DNA of 64,000 nucleotides, from the NCBI GenBank assembly GCA_002269645.1, contig NIVC01002755.1, positions 62,001 to 126,000 of the forward strand, read 5' to 3'. Positions 38,830-51,600 of the stretch are shown here, in pieces (positions within the stretch are counted from its first letter, which is position 1; each line of letters starts with the position of its first letter). The position numbers and the translations under genes were made by a program. The notes under the pieces are model-generated. The model was not told the origin of the DNA. It saw nothing but the letters and a program-made list of their open reading frames with translations, and ran no database searches. This stretch comes from Macrostomum lignano (taxonomy: Eukaryota).

Positions 38830-41800
38830 TCAAAAGAACGGCGTAACGCCCTGCGGCCACTCAACTTGGGCTCCGGGCCAGCGAGTCTGGATCAGCCGCT
38901 CGAGCAGGTGGCCCCGCTGATGATGCTGCGGATGCTGGTCCTCCTCATCAGTTGACTCGTCGTTACCGACCGGCTCTGTTGGCTGCGGCGGAGGCTGCGA
39001 CTGCCGGCTGCTGCGCCGCCGCTGCTGCTGCAGCTGCTCGAGCTGCTGCTGCTCCTGCAGCATCTGCCGGTAGCGCCGGCGGGCCGACTTGCGGGCGGTG
39101 GCCACCCGGGCCTGGCGGGTGTCCACGGAGAGGCGGCAGGGCCGGAACTGGCTGGCCAGGCCGGTGTAATAGTACAGGTGGAAGGCCGTCTCCGAGCGCC
39201 AGTGCTCCATGAGGCGCGAGTGCGTGCTGAACAGCAGCCCGGCCTGGCCGCGGCGCCGCACCAGCCAGATGGGGAAGCGGGGAGACCGCAGCATCGAGCC
39301 CACGGCTGGCCGCGTCTGCAGCGCCAGGGATCAGGAGGGGAAAATAAGAAACTTCTGGTTGACTCCTTGCCACATCCTGTTCTATCCTATCCTCCCACCG
39401 ATCACCAACCAGTTTCCCCACCGCATCCCATCCCATTCCCATCCCCATCCTCATCACCATCCCATCCCCATCCTATCACCATCCCCATCACCATCCTATT
39501 ACCATCCCCATCATCACCATCATCATCCCATCCCCATCACCATCCTATTACCATCCCCATCATCACCATCATCATCCCATCCCCATCACCATCCTCGTCA
39601 CCATCCCATCCCCATCCTATCACCATCCCCATCATCATCCTATTACCATCCCCATCACCATCCTATCACCATCCCCATCATCATCCTATTACCATCCCCA
39701 TCACCATCCTATTACCATCCCCATCACCATCCTATTACCATCCCCATCATCATCCTACCATCCCCATCACCATCCTATTACCATCCCCATCATCATCATC
39801 ATTACCATCACCATCATCATCATCACCATCACCATCCCATCCCATCTCCATCCCATCTCCATCCCATCCCATCGGTCACCTGCAGCAACCCAACATCCGG
39901 CCGCTGGGCCAGGCCAGTGCGCGGAGCGGGCAGCGGCGCCCCGGTCTCCGGGTCGGCCAGCTGGCAGCCATTGTGCAGGAAGCGGCAGGCGGCGCCGGTC
40001 AGCAGCAGGGTGAAGCCGGGCGTCGCCAGCTCCTCGTTGTCGTTGAGCAGCGAAGCCTTCGGCGCGCCGTCCCAGTCGGCCTGGATGCGCAGGAAGCCGC
40101 GCGACAGCACCAGGCAGTAGAGGAGCAGCAGGCAGCCCGGGTGCGACGGCGACGTGAACTGCGGGGGCGACCGGGAATTCCCAAATAGAGCTATTTTTAG
40201 CAACAGGAAGGAAGTACGTCGCATCGGTTGGCGCTGAAAACATAGTTGGCTAGACTAGCAATTCACTCAACCAGATATTCAAAGAACTCACAGAAACAAA
40301 TCAAAAAAAATAAGTGAGTGAACATGTAAGACTAAAACAAAAGAAGCGGATATTCAAATTGAAATACCCAGGTATCAGATAGAACGCAAACGGAGGCGGT
40401 GAATCCTGGGGGTTTGTTAAAGTGCAACAAAGCAAAAAGCAATAAGAATGCTTGAGGTCAGGCGGAAAGGGGAAGAGCAGGGCTGTGCTGGAGCGTTAAA
40501 ATTGTGAGCAAATTGAGTTGCAGACATAAAATGTGCAAAACAGGTGGGTGATTCTGGGAATTTTAGCTTCAAATTTACCTTGCGCATGGGGCACACAAAT
40601 CCAGCTGAAAATATTGCCAAGTACGAGCGTACAGATCGGGTTATCAATAAAGTACGTTTCCAAGGGCTGAGCTGTAGTTATAAAATGAAAAAAACTGAGG
40701 GTTGAGCTCAAACAAGTAAGGTTAGTGGGGTTGGGAAATAAAATTTTATTACTGAGATTGCCCCACAGATTGTCAATGCTGGGATTGAGCCATAGACTGT
40801 TAATTCTGGGATTGGGCCATAGACTGTTAATTCTGGGATTGGGCCATAGACTGTTAATTCTGGGATTGGGCCATAGACAGTTAATTCTGGGATTGGGCCA
40901 TAGACTGTTAATTCTGGGATTGGGCCATAGACTGTTAATGCTAAGATTGGGCCATAGACTGGTAAAATTTTGGAATTGGGCGATAAACTGTTAATGCAGG
41001 GATTGGGCCATAGACTGTTAATGCTGGGATTGGGCCATAGACTGTTAATACTGGGATTGGGCCATAGACTGTTAAAATGCTGGGATTGGGCCATGGACTG
41101 TTAATGCTGGGATTGGGCTATAGACTTTTAATACTATGGTTAAAGCCATAGACTCTTATTACTAGTAGATATTATACTAGTAACCCGGGGGAGTTGCCAT
41201 AGAAACGAACTGGTGCAACTTTGGGAGATCAGTACTCACGTAGTTCTCCAACCGCCTGAGCCCATCCAGCAGTTCGGGCAGGGAGGTGAAGTAGAACAGG
41301 TGCAGTCGCTCGGTGAACCCGTCCTCCCTGTACTGGTCATCGCTGGGCACGTGGCACTCGCTGGACGGCGCCGCCAAAGCAGCTCTCCGACCCTCGCCGG
41401 CGCGCCACAAAATGTCGGCCAGAGATTCGGCGAGCAGTGTCGGGCGCCGCGCCGGCTCCACGGCCAGCAGGTGGGTGCGGAACCGGTCCGGACAGTCGGC
41501 CGGGAACAGCAGGCGGCGCAGCAGCTGGGCCTGAACGCACAGCACCAGCGCCCTGGTGGCGTCGCGGTGCGCCAGCAGGCCGTACGGATGCGGCCCGGAG
41601 GCCTCCTGGAAGGTGAAGTGGGCGCGGCGCCACTCCTTGCAGAAGGGGTGGACGGCGTTGCCGAAGGTGACCTGGCGGAGGCGCAGGGCCTCGCCGCGGC
41701 CGATCGGGGCGCCGCCGAGCATCCGGTGGAAGCTGCCGACCCCGGAGCGCTGGATCGGCGGCAGCGGCGCGGTGTAGGCGGGCCGCAGGCCAAGCACAAT

Positions 41801-42494
41801 TTTCCGGCGCGGCTGGCTCGGCTCCGCCTCCGCCTCCGCCGGCATCGGCAGCGTGTCCTCGCGCTTCAGCGCCACCCTGTCAGACTCGGAGGCCTGCGGC
41901 AGCGGGCGGAGGCCGCTCTTCTGCCTGCCGAGCGGGACAGACAGTCATTGCTCTACCCTTGGCTTCTGAATTCTACCCTTGGCTTCTGAATTCTACCCTT
42001 GGCTTCTGAATTCTACCCTTGGCTTCTGAATTCTACCCTTGGCTTCTGAATTCTACCCTTGGCTTCTGAATTCTACCCCTGGCTTCTGAATTCTACCCCT
42101 GGCTTCTGAATTCTACCCTTGGCTTCTGAATTCTACCCCTGGCTTCTGAATTCTACCCTTGGCTTTTAAGTTCTATCAATGGCTTCTAGTTTCTTTACTC
42201 TATGTGACCACCGACTGCTTTTGCCCGCCTGTGCAGCACAGCAGATTACTAATCAATCAATAACAAATAATTCCGCAGTTCAATCAGCCCCAACCTGCGC
42301 AGGAAGCTGGCCTCCTTGAAGGTGGGATTCTCCACGAAGCTCAGCAGCCGGTGCAGCCCGTTGGAGTCAACGTCCAGCCGTTTCCTGCTGTTCAGCGACT
42401 CCCACAGGCGGGTCCGGTCGCGCTGGAAGGCGTCTTCGCTGTCCCAGTCGTCTGTTCGAGAGGACTGCGGCTGCTGCTGCTGCTGCGGCTCCAT
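38830..42494 (-). CDS. MINDY4B: MINDY4B-like (FAM188B2) predicted inactive deubiquitinase. Exons 42494-42295, 41924-41240, 40158-39880, 39315-38830.
   Basis: MINDY4-family motifs FCKEWRRAHFTF, LAESLADILWRAG, GCLLLLYCLVLSRG, LRSPRFPIWLV, HWRSETAFHLYYYTGL...RLSVDT and LIQTRWPGAQVEW. The catalytic GGPCG is replaced by DATRA and the S-H-F/Y-S His motif by GQAG. Phases 2, 0, 0 are consistent. Confidence 0.85.
39420..39872. repeat. CAT/CATCCC-rich low-complexity repeat, MINDY intron 3
   Basis: CCATCCCCATCACCATCCTATTA units. Confidence 0.9.
40765..41150. repeat. 27-bp minisatellite, MINDY intron 2
   Basis: CTGGGATTGGGCCATAGACTGTTAAT(T/G), about 13 copies. Confidence 0.9.
41952..42175. repeat. 20-bp minisatellite, MINDY intron 1
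   Basis: CTACCCTTGGCTTCTGAATT, about 11 copies. Confidence 0.9.
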
Positions 42495-42542
42495 CGTGGC
42501 GGCTGCTGCATAAGTCAAAAAGCAGAGCAAAGAAAATCAGCC

Positions 42543-43628
42543 AGGACCTGGACCCAGATTCCAGGAAACAGGACCCAGATTATAGGAAACAGGACCCAGA
42601 TTCCAGGAAACAGGACCCAGATTCCAGGAAACAGGACCCAGATTATAGGAAACAGGACCCAGATTCCAGGAAACAGGACCCAGATTCCAGGAAACAGGAC
42701 CCAGATTCCAGGAAACAGGACCCAGATTATAGGAAACAGGACCCAGATTCCAGGAAACAGGACCCAGATTATAGGAAACAGGACCCAGATTCCAGGAAAC
42801 AGGACCCAGATTCCAGGAAACAGGACCCAGATTATAGGAAACAGGACCCAGATTCCAGGAAACAGGACCCAGATTCCAGGAAACAGGACCCAGATTCCAG
42901 GAAACAGGATCCAGATTCCAGGAAACAGGACCTAGATTCCAGGGAACAGGATCCAGATTCCAGGAAACAGGACCCAGATTCCAGGAAACAGGACCCAGAT
43001 TCCAGGAAACAGGACCCAGATTATAGGAAACAGGACCCAGATTCCAGGAAACAGGACCCAGATTCCAGGGAACAGGACCCAGATTATAGGAAACAGGACC
43101 CAGATTCCAGGGAACAGGACCCAGATTCCAGGAAACAGGACCCAGATTCCAGGAAACAGGAGACCCAGATTCCATGAAATAGAACTCTGATTTGGGAGTG
43201 AAAACTGGGGTTCAGGAACCGGAACCCCACACTTGTATAACAGAAATCGAAATTTAGGAATGAGAAACCCACATTTAGGAATCAGAATTAGAAAACTTAA
43301 ACTCAGGAATCAGAAACCCACGCTTAGGAATCAGAAACCCACGCTTAGGAATCAGAAACCCACACTTAGGAATCAGAAACCCACACTTAGGAATCAGAAA
43401 CCCACACTTAGGAATCAGAAACCCACACTTAGGAATCAGAAACCCACACTTAGGAATCAGAAACCCACACTTAGGAATCAGAAACCCACACTTAGGAATC
43501 AGAAACCCACACTTAGGAATCAGAAACCCACACTTAGGAATCAGAAACCCACACTTAGGAATCAGAAACCCACACTTAGGAATCAGAAACCCACACTTAG
43601 GAATCAGAAACCCACACTTAGGAATCAG
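42543..43628. repeat. Two adjacent 21-bp arrays between NAGA and MINDY: GGACCCAGATT(CC/AT)AGGAAACA (about 42543-43170) and AGGAATCAGAAACCCACACTT (about 43240-43628)
   Basis: Directly visible tandem copies. Confidence 0.9.
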
Positions 43629-44173
43629 TATTTAGCAAACGGAACAAAAACTCAAAATTAAGAACACAAAAGACCAAAACTCGCAAAATTGATTCAACAA
43701 TTACCGATAAAAAGATTTTATTAAGAGAAAATCACTACAAGGCATAACAATTCCGTACCGCAAACGGCAGACTATATAATCATTAGTAATCGCAATAGAA
43801 AAATATCATAGAAAAGTAAGGCAAGGGTTACTGAACCCAAGCTACATGTATAAAAATGTGGGACTCGATTTCTCCTAGCAACCATTGGCCATTATTGGAG
43901 AGGAACATTTGTTGAGTTTGAATCACCTGGATGAGCAATTCCAGCAACCTCATGTACTTTGTATATTGTATGAATATTGGCAGCATTGGCAGCATTGGAA
44001 CTCATGGCTGTGAATCAGACGACACGGAATCCAACCAGACTCTGCCTCCAGATCCGGAGCTTTGCTTCCGGCTTCATCCTGGTGCTTAAGCTGACATCCG
44101 CTTTGCGAAATACAATACAAAATCTAAGTGGGAAACCAAGTGCTGGATAAAAATGTACTGGCTAGTTGGCACT

Positions 44174-47100
44174 CTACAGAATATCGCCAAGTCCCGGCAG
44201 CTCGGCCGCTGGAACCGCGATCGGGACCGCCGGACTTCCGTTCGCGGCGGAGGCTGGCCGCCGGCAGTACACAAATCGAACTCCACCGCTGGGCAGCACG
44301 TCGAACTTGACGGCGGTGTCGGTGTCGGCGAACCGGCCGGCGCTGGCGAAGGTGAACACGTCGACGCAGTCAAAGGGTGGCTTGAGGCCGGCGGGCAGGG
44401 CGAGGTCCTTCAGGCTGACGCCGAGCCGGGCCGGGGTGCCGCCGTCGGAGTTGTAGTAGAGCACGAAGGCGAAGTCGCCGCGGGACATGAGCTTGCGCCA
44501 CACCTGCACGTCGCCGCGCTTGAATAGCAGGCAGCCCTGTGGGTGAGCGGCGGCACAACTGCTGCTGTGAGCACAGCTGACAATATCTAATATTATAATT
44601 TTTTATGATCGAAAATTGATGAAACAGCAAAACTGGCCGAATCATACTACTGATGCGAGTAGGCACTAACAGTACTGACACAACTTTTATTGATAACTGA
44701 CCGGCAGACAGCGAGTAATTAATTACTCTTAGGCGTGCGGAAAGCTTGTCTAGACATGGAAGCATTATTTGGCCAGGGACACATTCCTATTTAAAGTGCT
44801 GTCTCTGTTTGCCGCTCTCTACTGACAGCTCCCTACTGGCCGCACTCTACTGGCCGCACTCTACTGACCGCTCCCTACTGACCGCTCCCTACTGACCGCT
44901 ACCTACTGACCACTCCCTACTGGCCGCTCCATACTGACCGCTCCCTACTGGCCGCTCCCTACTGACCGCTCCCTACTGACCGCTCTCTACTGGCCGCTCC
45001 CTACTGACCGCTCCCTACTGACCGCTCTCTACTGGCCGCTCCCTACTGACCGCTCCCTACTGACCGCTCCCTACTGGCCGCTCTCTACTGACCGCTCCCT
45101 ACTGACCGCACCCTACTGACCGCTCCCTACTGGCCGCTCCCTACTGGCCACTCCCTACTGACCGCTCCCTACTGACCACTCCCTACTGACCGCTCCCTAC
45201 TGGCCGCTCCCTACTGGCCGCACTCTACTGACCGCTCCCTACTGACCGCTCCCTACTGGCCGCTCCCTTCTGGCCGCTCCCTACTGACCGCTCCCTACTG
45301 ACCGCTCCCTACTGACCGCTCCCTACTGGCCGCTCTCTACTGGCTTCATAGCCTCACCTGATATCCCATTGGATCCTTGTTGATGGCGATGGCCAGCGCG
45401 TTGCGCAAAATCCTGGCACTGTCGGTCGGCACAGAGCGTAGGTCCAGGCTAAGTATCAGAGGCGCGGACCAGAGGCACCAGAAGGCCATCTGGGCCTCCT
45501 GCTGCACCGGGCTGAGGCCGAAGTCGCCAACGATGACCATGTCCGGGTCGTTCCAGTGCTGCGGCCCGTTCCAGGTACTCATGTTGGCGTCGTTGCTGCC
45601 CCAGTAATCGATGATGCTGGCCACCGAGGCCCAGGAGTCCTGCGGGCGGGCAGCGGGGTTCAGGGAGAACTTCGGGAATTCGGGTTGTTGGATCCTTAGA
45701 ACCGATTCTACTGGGCGATTCTGGGAGATTCTACTGGGCGATTCTGGGAGATTCTACTGGGCGATTCTGGGAGATTCTACTGGGCGATTCTGGGAGATTC
45801 TACTGGGTGATTCTGGGAGATTCTACTGGGCGATTCTGGGAGATTCTACTGGGCGATTCTGGGAGATTCTACTGGGCGATTCCAATCTGGGCGATTCCAA
45901 TCTGGGCGATTCCAATCTGGGCGATTCCAATCTGGGCGATTCCAATCTGGGCGATTCCAATCTGGGCGATTCCAATCTGGGCGATTCCAATCTGGCCGAT
46001 TCCAATCTGGGAGATTCTACTGGGCGATTCCAATCTGGGCGATTCCAATCTGGGCGATTCCAATCTGGGCTATTCTGCTGGGCGATTACAATCTGGGCGA
46101 TTCCAATCTAGGAGATTCTACTGGGCGATTCTAATGGGAGATTCTATTGGGCGATTCAGCCCAGCCTCACCTGGATGTCTCCATAGATGCGCCACATCGA
46201 GCAGGTCTTCTGCAGCAGGGCCGAGTCAATGCTGGACTTTTTTTCCTGGTAGGCCGGGTAGCTGCAGCTGAACACAATGGGCCGGCCGGTCTTGTTTAGG
46301 TAGCTGCCGAACTGCGCGTAGCCCGCCGCCTGCAGGTGTCGAGGTCGTTGGGACACTTTTTATTGAGCCTTGCCACTGGCGGGATATGGGCAGTCAGCAA
46401 CCTGCCAACAAACTGCAACTTACTTACAGGCAACCTACCGACGGTCAATCAACCTACCGACAGTCAATCAACCTACCGACAGTCAATCAATCTACCGACA
46501 GTCAATAAATCTACCGACAGTCAATCAATCAATCTACCGACAGTCAATCAATAAATCTACAGACAGTCAATCAACCAATCTACCGACAGTCAATAAATCT
46601 ACCGACAGTCAATCAATCAATCTACCGACAGTCAATAATCAATCTACAGACAGTCAATAAATCTACCGACAGTCAATCAATCAATCTACCGACAGTCAAT
46701 TAATCAATCTACCGACAGTCAATCAATCTACAGACAGTCAATAATCAATCTACCGACAGTCAATAAATCTACCGACAGCCAATCAATCAATCTACCGACA
46801 GTCAATCAATCTACCAGCAGCAGCAGGACACGCCGGGGCGCAAGAACAGCGGCCCACCTGCTTTGCCGGATCCGAGTAGCAGCCGTCCAGCTTGACGAGA
46901 TCGACGCCCCAGCTGGCGAAGGTCTGCGCGTCCAGCTGCAGGTTGTTGATGCTGCCGGGGTAGCCGCCGCAGGTGAGGTTGCCGTAGTCGGCGTAGATGC
47001 CGAACTTGAGCCCGCGCGAGTGCACATAATCGGCGAGGGCGCGCATGCCGCCGGGGAAGCGGTCGGGGTCGCCCTGCAGCCGGCCCTGAGCGTCGCGCTG

Positions 47101-47364
47101 ATGCGAGGCCCAGCAGTCGTCAACGGTGACAAACTCGTAGCCGGAGGCGAGCCAGCCGTCCTGCGCCATGCGGTCGGCAGTGTCCCGGATCAGCTTCTCG
47201 CCGATGCAGGTGTCCGGGTAGGTGTCGCAGTCGGTGACACAGCGAAACCGCTGCCAGGTGAGCCAGCCCATTGGCGGCTGCATGGCAACGCCGTTGTCAA
47301 GGCAACAGGCTGGTTGCAACGCCAAGAGGGCAAGCAGCGTGAGCAGAAGCAGATGCAGGGCCAT
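44174..47364 (-). CDS. NAGA: GH27 alpha-N-acetylgalactosaminidase-like lysosomal glycosidase. Exons 47364-46858, 46329-46171, 45639-45358, 44536-44174.
   Basis: Signal peptide, LDNGVAMQPPMGW, VTVDDCW, KFGIYADYG, nucleophile in VKLDGC, acid/base in WRIYGDIQDSW, WNDPDM and C-terminal beta domain. FSCSYPAY carries the Ser/Ala pair of NAGA (S188/A191) rather than Glu/Leu of GLA (E203/L206). All junctions are phase 0. Confidence 0.92.
44820..45350. repeat. 14-bp minisatellite, NAGA intron 3
   Basis: CTACTG(A/G)CCGCTCC. Confidence 0.9.
45703..46160. repeat. Compound minisatellite, NAGA intron 2
   Basis: GATTCTACTGGGC/GATTCTGGGA units, then 15-bp GATTCCAATCTGGGC. Confidence 0.85.
46430..46815. repeat. 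About 19-23-bp minisatellite, NAGA intron 1
   Basis: AATCTACCGACAGTCAAT(C/A) units. Confidence 0.9.
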
Positions 47365-47499
47365 TATGAAGGCTTTGTCAGATGGGACAGAGTTCGCTGC
47401 AAGGGCAAATGGGCTTATTTTCTATACGCTTACATGGCGAAAATAACCTTGACTAAATCAACTGATTTGGGAGGGAGATTCTCGAATGGAAGAGGTTTG

Positions 47500-48205
47500 A
47501 GGGCGATTCTCAGGGACTGTAGGTCAATTCTCAGGGACTTTAGGGCAATTCTCAGGGACTGTAGGGCAATTCTCAGGGACTGTAGGGCAATTCTCAGTGA
47601 TTGGATTGGAGGGCAATTCTCAGGGACTGTAGGGCAATTCTCAGTGATTGGATTGGAGGGCAATTCTCAGGGACTGTAAGGCAATTCTCAGGGACTGTAG
47701 GGCAATTCTCAGGGACTGTAGGGCAATTCTCAGGGACTGTAGGGCAATTCTCAGGGACTGTAGGTCAATTCTCAGGGACTGTAGGTCAATTCTCAGGGAC
47801 TGTAGGGCAATTCTCAGGGACTGTAGGTCAATTCTCAGAGACTGTAGGTCAATTCTCAGGGACTGTAGGGCAATTCTCAGGGACTGTAGGGCAATTCTCA
47901 GGGACTGTAGGTCAATTCTCAGGGACTGTAGGGCAATTCTCAGGGACTGTAGGTCAATTCTCAGAGACTGTAGGTCAATTCTCAGGGACTGTAGGGCAAT
48001 TCTCAGTGATGGATTGGAGGGATTTTCAGTGATTGGATTGTAGGGCAATTGTCAGGGACTGTAGGGCAATTCTCAGTGATTGGACTGTAGGGCAATTCTC
48101 AGTGATTGGATTGGAGGGCAATTCGCAGTGATTGGACTGTAGGGCAATTCTCAGTGATTGGATTGGAGGGCAATTCGCAGTGATTGGATTGGAGGGCAAG
48201 CAATT
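47500..48205. repeat. 21-bp minisatellite between EXOC8 and NAGA
   Basis: CAATTCTCAGGGACTGTAGG(G/T), with GTGATTGGATTGGAGGG variants. Confidence 0.9.
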
Positions 48206-48639
48206 CGCAGGGAATAGAGATTTGAGGCCGATTCTCAAGGAAGAGAGATTGGAGGGCGTTTGCCAAGCAATGGAGTTGAATAAGCGAGGCTTGGGGACGG
48301 GCGGCAGAGGCAAGAAGGGTTATTGTAAGACATACTAAACTTCTAAAGCAGAGCCGCTGTTAAAGAAAACTCAATCAATCAAAAAGCAGCACACAGCAGT
48401 TCGCAATAACTTGTGACGCAAATCTGAGAATAATGATATAAAATAATTATAATTATAAATCATAGAGAAGCAGATAAACAGACTAACAGGATTATCACTA
48501 GGCTGCACAGTTGTGCGTTACAGAATGGCACCAGCATCAGGCTGCATCAGTGAGCATGCAATACTCAGTACAGCCTAGCAACCCAATTACACGGGGCTGG
48601 CGGCTGACCGGTCTGCAACTGTTTGAAAATCTTGAGTCT

Positions 48640-51600
48640 TCAAACCATGCTCGGTTTGCTCATCTCGATGAGGCGGCCGAGCTCCTGCTGAGCCTCCCAG
48701 AAGGTGTCAAATTCCTGGGGCTGACAGCCGCTGACCCCCGACAGGCGGGTGTTGCAGGCCTGCAGCGGGCACGACTGCAGGAACGTCAGGTTGTGCAGGA
48801 TGAAGTCGCGCTGCGGGGCGGGTGCGGCATCGGCGTGTCATGCCATCGTGGCTTTGTGAATCATCTGTGTTCACACACTGTCTGTTGTGAATCATCTGTG
48901 TTCACACACTGTCTGTTGTGAATCATCTGTGTTCACACACTGTCTGTTGTGAATCATCTGTGTTCACACACTGTCTGTTGTGAATCACCTGTGTTCACAC
49001 ACTGTCTGTTGTGAATCATCTGTGTTCCCACACTGTTGTGAATCACCTGTGTTCACACACTGTCTGTTGTGAATCATCTGTGTTCACACACTGTCTGTTG
49101 TGAAGCTGCGACTCACGACATGGATTCACATATTGGTGTTCACATGTTTAGTTACACAGATTTCTTAATATTAAAATCATTTTTCTAATAATAAGAACAG
49201 TTTTACTGCACAATAAAGGCTCTACAAATTTTTAATGTAAAATTTAACTAGGGTCATAAATCAGGAGAAATTGACAGACAGATCAAAAGGTCAAAGCGGC
49301 TGTCAATTAATCAAATTAGGTTGTAAAAAATATTTTGTCTATAATTAAAGCACCTGTCAATATGACAACAAGCAACACCGAATCAATTGCAATACCGACA
49401 CCCAGATCAATTAATTACCCAACCCGCCCAGTGCAATCAGCGAGATCCCAAACACTGATTTTGTGTTAGGTTGAAAATGCACAGTAAATTCTGCTTCAGA
49501 AGGCATCCTTTAGACTGGATGCAATTGAGGCCGGTGCCAGCCAGGTGCAAGCGATACTTACTCGCTGGAATTTGAGTCCGGATTGCAGGGTAATGAGCGA
49601 TTCGTTGAGTACTTGACTTAATTTGTGAATAAAATTTGCAACACCAATCCGACATGCGATTCCTAGAAAATCATCTGAAATCAAATATGACATTCTCCGC
49701 TACCTGCACGAACAGATCTGCTAGCGAAGAAAGTTCAATGCGAGGTTTCGTGACGGCGACAAGGTGGGCTGTTCGTGACGGCAAGCGTGACGATGACAAG
49801 GTGGGTTGTTCGTGACGGCAAGCGTGACGGCGACAAGGTGGGCTGTTCGTTACGGCAAGCGTGACGATGACAAGGTGGGTTGTTCGTGACGGCAAGCGTG
49901 ACGATGACAAGGTGGGTTGTTCGTGACGGCAAGCGTGACGATGACAAGGTGGGTTGTTCGTGACGGCAAGCGTGACGGCGACAAGGTGGGCTGTTCGTTA
50001 CGGCAAGCGTGACGATGACAAGGTGGGTTGTTCGTGACGGCAAGCGTGACGATGACAAGGTGGGCTGTTCGTGACGGCAAGCGTGACGATGACAAGGTGG
50101 GTTGTTCGTGACGGCGACAAGGTGGGCTGTTCGTGACGGCAAGCGTGACGACGACAAGGTGGGTTGTTCGTGACGGCAAGAGTGACGGCGACAAGGTGGG
50201 CTGTTCGTGACGGCAAGAGTGACGACGACAAGGTGGGTTGTTCGTGATGGCGACAAGGCGAGTTTTTATGACCTTAAGGCGAGTTTTTCGTGACGACAAG
50301 CGTGACGGCGCCAGGCAGCAGGCAACAAGCAGTTGGTACTAACAAATGCTTTTCAGGCAGAGGCGCTGGCACACGAGAGTGCGCTCACTGAACATTTAGT
50401 CTGCTGCAGGACCTGTACTGATGCACTGGAGTGGAGGGGCACTCAGTCGACACAGTAACATCCACAAGGCAGGCGCTGGTGCCACTCTGAAGACCATGCT
50501 GAGCAGTGTCTCAGTAACAATCTGTCTCAGTTAGCAGAACAGAAACTCTTACAGAGCCCGATCAACAGGCCAGTGTGAGTTAGTGATAATGTTTCGGTGC
50601 TCGGCACCCATAAAATATTTTCTCTAGGAAACAGAGTGACTCGCATCTAAGATGAGCACTCCACAGCCGCCTCACCTTGTCCAGCAGCTGCGCAGCGCTC
50701 AGACAGCGCCTGTAGTGCTTGACCTCGGCCGACAGCAGCGAAGCCAGGGCGTCGCTGACCGTGTAGTGCAGCTCGCGGGTGTACAGCTTAGCGAGGGACT
50801 CGGCGAATTTTACGAACGAATTTGAGAACACGTAGGTCATGCTGCTGATGTCGAACTGGCGAGTCTGGCCTGCGGGGTAGGCGCGCATATTGACGATTCT
50901 CAGGGTGATCAAAGCTGATTCTCAGGGTGATCAGAGCTGATTCTCAGGGTGATCAAAGCTGATTCTTAGGGTGATCAAATCTGTTTCTCAGGGTGATCAA
51001 AGCTGACTCTCAGGGTGATCAAGCTGATAGGCAATTGGAAGTCAATTTCATGAGAAATACTGGTTTCCTTTTCTGCTGATCATTAAGAATCCCAGAAAGG
51101 ATTAAGCAATAAAGATTCTCTTCAGTTTTGAGTCGCCTACCCAGCGACCGCTCCGTGGCCTCGGGGCTGAACTGGCGCACAAAGGCGAGAAACTCCTCGG
51201 CCTCCTTGCGGGTGCCGCGCCGCAGCACCACCCATTTCTCCTCGGCAGCGCGCGAACTCGCCGCGTCGATCAGTTTCCGCGCCTGTCGCTCGATGGCAGC
51301 CTGCCAGGCCTCCAGACAGGCCGCCTCCAGCATGAAGGCTGCCTGCACCCGCTCGGAGTCGTTCACCGACTTGGCCGCCTGCTTGGCCGCCGCCCAGCCG
51401 CTGGCGAACTCGGCAAAGCTGGCGGGGGCGAGCACCCGGTGCAGCCGCTCTGCCAACTGCTCGATCTGCGAGGCGTGGATGGACTGGTGACTGACTGATT
51501 GACTGACTGACTGACTGACTGACTGACTGACTGACTGACTGACTGACTGACTGACTGACTGACTGACTGACTGACTGACTGACTGACTGACTGACTGACT

